NCBI GenBank assembly: GCA_965207375.1 | Contig: OZ242274.1 | Location: 1,216,001 to 1,280,000 of the forward strand | Direction: 5' to 3' | DNA length: 64,000 nt | Source of the DNA: Nitrosopumilaceae archaeon | Lineage (GTDB): Archaea; Thermoproteota; Nitrososphaeria; Nitrososphaerales; Nitrosopumilaceae | In this document: positions 61,693 through 64,000 of the stretch, piece by piece | Position numbering within the stretch: position 1 is the first letter of the stretch | Layout of the letters: each line of letters starts with the position of its first letter | The notes under the pieces: generated by a model | Databases searched by the model: none | Told to the model about the DNA's origin: nothing | The model's input: only the letters and a program-made list of their open reading frames with translations | Translations under genes and position numbers: made by a program

Positions 61693-62166
61693 ACGGGTGT
61701 CACTAATTCCACAACTGGCACATTTGTAGAGGTTGCTTTTTTCAAGCTCTTTTTCTAGCGACATGCCTGCACCACAACATGCACATTTGATATCTGTTGC
61801 ATGTTTTTCAAAAGGTGTTTCAGAGGATGATTGTTCTGTGTCTTTACCGTTGCAGACAGGCCTGTATTTTGATATTATTTTCTCGACTATGTTTTGTCTA
61901 GACTGTGGGGATGAGTCAAACATGGGATATATTGCAACATGTAGATTCTTTTCGGTTCTAGCGTGACTCACCCAGCACTTGAATCTTGAATTCTTTGTGA
62001 AAAATCCTACATCATCGGACTTTGTACACTGATCCACATAGATCAATGAGAACTTTTCCCCATCTTTACCAAGTAATATGTATACTATCTCCTCCATGGG
62101 CGGACCCCATTCGTCAAGTTGGATGGGCCCCATGAATTCATAATGAAGGATTTGAATACTCAACAA
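61684..62166 (-). CDS. Hypothetical protein with C-terminal zinc ribbon
   Basis: CACCG...YKCASCG. Confidence 0.75.
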   Translation of the reverse strand: MLSIQILHYEFMGPIQLDEWGPPMEEIVYILLGKDGEKFSLIYVDQCTKSDDVGFFTKNSRFKCWVSHARTEKNLHVAIYPMFDSSPQSRQNIVEKIISKYRPVCNGKDTEQSSSETPFEKHATDIKCACCGAGMSLEKELEKSNLYKCASCGISDTRLK

Positions 62167-62263
62167 CTAGTATTATTTAGTGTCAGTTTTACACCTTTCT
62201 GATATTTTCATCCTCTATTGCCACTTGAAAAGAATAAATGCGACATGCTTGGATGTTTGCTAA

Positions 62264-62518
62264 ATGGTAGAAAAAGATCCTCACAACTATAGATCAGTTG
62301 GATGGGCCATGATCACAGTTGCTGCCGGACTAGCAGGAATAGGTTTGATTGCACTTTTTATAGGGGGCGATGTGCTGTATTCGGACAACTTTCAGAGGGC
62401 AAAGACTGCAGAGTTTAATCACTGTAAAAGCATAAATTTTGAAAGTAACATATGTGACAAATATTTGGATCGAATCAATACCGAAATTTCTGACGTATTC
62501 GTTGACGACAGGGGCTAG
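62264..62518 (+). CDS. Small membrane protein
   Basis: One TM helix and a Cys pair. Confidence 0.7.
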   Translation: MVEKDPHNYRSVGWAMITVAAGLAGIGLIALFIGGDVLYSDNFQRAKTAEFNHCKSINFESNICDKYLDRINTEISDVFVDDRG

Positions 62519-63204
62519 TAACCATTTGCAAAATCCTCCCACGAATTGAGATTCTTTGTCAGTTTATTCATGGCAAAAAATGCACCGCCTATAATTCCTG
62601 CCTGATAAAATGTATACAAAAATACACCTGCGTTTGTAGGATCGGATTTGGAAAAACTCAAGACCAGCATTGAAAAGAATGTAAACGTACCAACGCATGT
62701 AATCAAACGGTTCAAAAATCCTGCATTCATTCCTACGATTTTTTTGGTAGCAGCTGCCATCAGGGCAATGCTGGAAATTATAAGAAATGTCGCACCGCCA
62801 TTTGCAGTAACAAAGTCACTTATCCATGGCAAAAGACCGTCTCCTAAGATTGTCATTTCCGGCATGACGCTTCCTCCATTTAAGGCAAAGTTAACCGAAC
62901 TAAACAGGCCTCCTATAACGAAGAAAAACAAAAATATTTTCACTATAGAACGCTTAATCGGACTACGTGTTTCTGATGGTCTTATGGCCCGTTCTGTAAT
63001 TTTTATGCCATAAAGAAAGCCGACTGCCATGGCAGGTACAAACATAATATTTATCAAAATTGGAGATTCTTGGTTGATTTTGTCGATTTCAGGATGAAAT
63101 ATCAAAAACAACAATATTGCCATGGCAGCAGAAGCCACAAACAGTATCAAATTAAGATATGTAGGACGTTGCGAGTCTGACATGTCTCGTTCCCAATTGT
63201 ACAC
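62515..63204 (-). CDS. Multi-pass membrane protein
   Basis: About six hydrophobic segments. Confidence 0.8.
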   Translation of the reverse strand: MYNWERDMSDSQRPTYLNLILFVASAAMAILLFLIFHPEIDKINQESPILINIMFVPAMAVGFLYGIKITERAIRPSETRSPIKRSIVKIFLFFFVIGGLFSSVNFALNGGSVMPEMTILGDGLLPWISDFVTANGGATFLIISSIALMAAATKKIVGMNAGFLNRLITCVGTFTFFSMLVLSFSKSDPTNAGVFLYTFYQAGIIGGAFFAMNKLTKNLNSWEDFANGY

Positions 63205-63297
63205 AGTATATTGTCACAAAACAACGATTAAAGAAACAACAAAAAATCATTTATGTAAACAATTCAATTCTGTTTACCTTTTTAACTGCCAAATGCT

Positions 63298-63516
63298 ATG
63301 TTTTGTGTGAAAATAGCGCATATTCTAGTTGTGGGGGGTGGTTTTGTAGTGTTGTTTGGTTCAGTTTTTCACCTTCAAGGCCTCTCAATTGTAGGTCCGG
63401 AGGCCTCGTTTATGTACTCAAATCCAAACTGGGTAACGTACGGTTTTCAGATGATAGTTTTAGGTGTAGTAGCTATCTGCGCAGGATTGGCAATTTGGTT
63501 AAAAATCAGACGATAA
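63298..63516 (+). CDS. Small two-TM membrane protein
   Basis: Two hydrophobic segments flanking QG..VGPEASFMYSNPNW. Confidence 0.72.
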   Translation: MFCVKIAHILVVGGGFVVLFGSVFHLQGLSIVGPEASFMYSNPNWVTYGFQMIVLGVVAICAGLAIWLKIRR

Positions 63517-63740
63517 TTTCACATAAACGAATATGCGGTAAAACATTTCATTATGTCTTCTAGGCTTTGTGTTTTATTCAAATTGTATATCTGGTCTTTT
63601 TGTATGTATAATTTACCATAGTGTATCGCCTTGGATCTTTAACTGAATTGAGTTTATGAAATGCCATGCATACATTGAATGTAAAAATCATAGATTTGAT
63701 ATTTTTGACATGTATTGTTTGTAAGACAGCAATGTTGTGA

Positions 63741-64000
63741 TTAATTTGCAGCCTCTAATTTCTTTAGGGTGTCAGCTATTTGTTGCCATAGTGGATTAGA
63801 ATCTTTTTGGGTATTGTTTTGGGCTTCTGCTGCAGTCATAGGATTATCATGCTGTATAATGCCAAATGCTGCCAAAACTCTATTCCATAAATCCACTTGT
63901 TCTTTTACAGCTTCAATTAAAGTTGCATTTATCGTGTATGTTGGTTCTGGTACTGGTTCTACTGTAGGTGTTGGCTCTACTGGTTCAACCTGTGGTGAAT
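63741..64000 (-). CDS. 3' end of a protein carrying the shared C-terminal domain (begins outside the window)
   Basis: ...SPQVEPVEPTPTVEPVPEPTYTINATLIEAVKEQVDLWNRVLAAFGIIQHDNPMTAAEAQNNTQKDSNPLWQQIADTLKKLEAAN*. Confidence 0.85.
   Translation of the reverse strand, partial: SPQVEPVEPTPTVEPVPEPTYTINATLIEAVKEQVDLWNRVLAAFGIIQHDNPMTAAEAQNNTQKDSNPLWQQIADTLKKLEAAN

Overview
AT-rich chromosomal segment of an ammonia-oxidising archaeon. Nitrosopumilaceae-like gene content and order is inferred from protein recognition. Abundant IS remnants, decayed intergenic DNA and expanded surface proteins suggest a possibly host-associated lineage. The core backbone holds uvrA/uvrB, an LLM oxidoreductase with an Fe-alcohol dehydrogenase, purN, folD, ileS, a Dps-like ferritin, sucCD, rpl40e, ppa, pepF, pdaD, a DEAD-box helicase, a two-component pair, tRNA-Val(CAC) with a non-canonical intron and tRNA-Thr(TGT). 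Accessory DNA includes a toxin-antitoxin islet (HicAB-like and AbiE-like), broken IS630 and IS66 elements and IS110 remnants. The main observation is an intact IS110/IS1111-type element (29892-31293). Its upstream non-coding end folds into two twin stem-loops whose internal-loop strands match the element's own donor junction and its insertion target, i.e. a readable archaeal bridge-RNA candidate. The target is a ~92-bp dispersed non-coding repeat with four more copies in the window. Also notable are an unrecognised ~70-aa C-terminal domain shared by three loci with different upstream sequence, two candidate promoter-plus-terminator small RNAs, a tRNA-like pseudogene and a 14x30-bp repeat tail on the DEAD-box helicase. 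All structures and alignments were read by eye, not computed.
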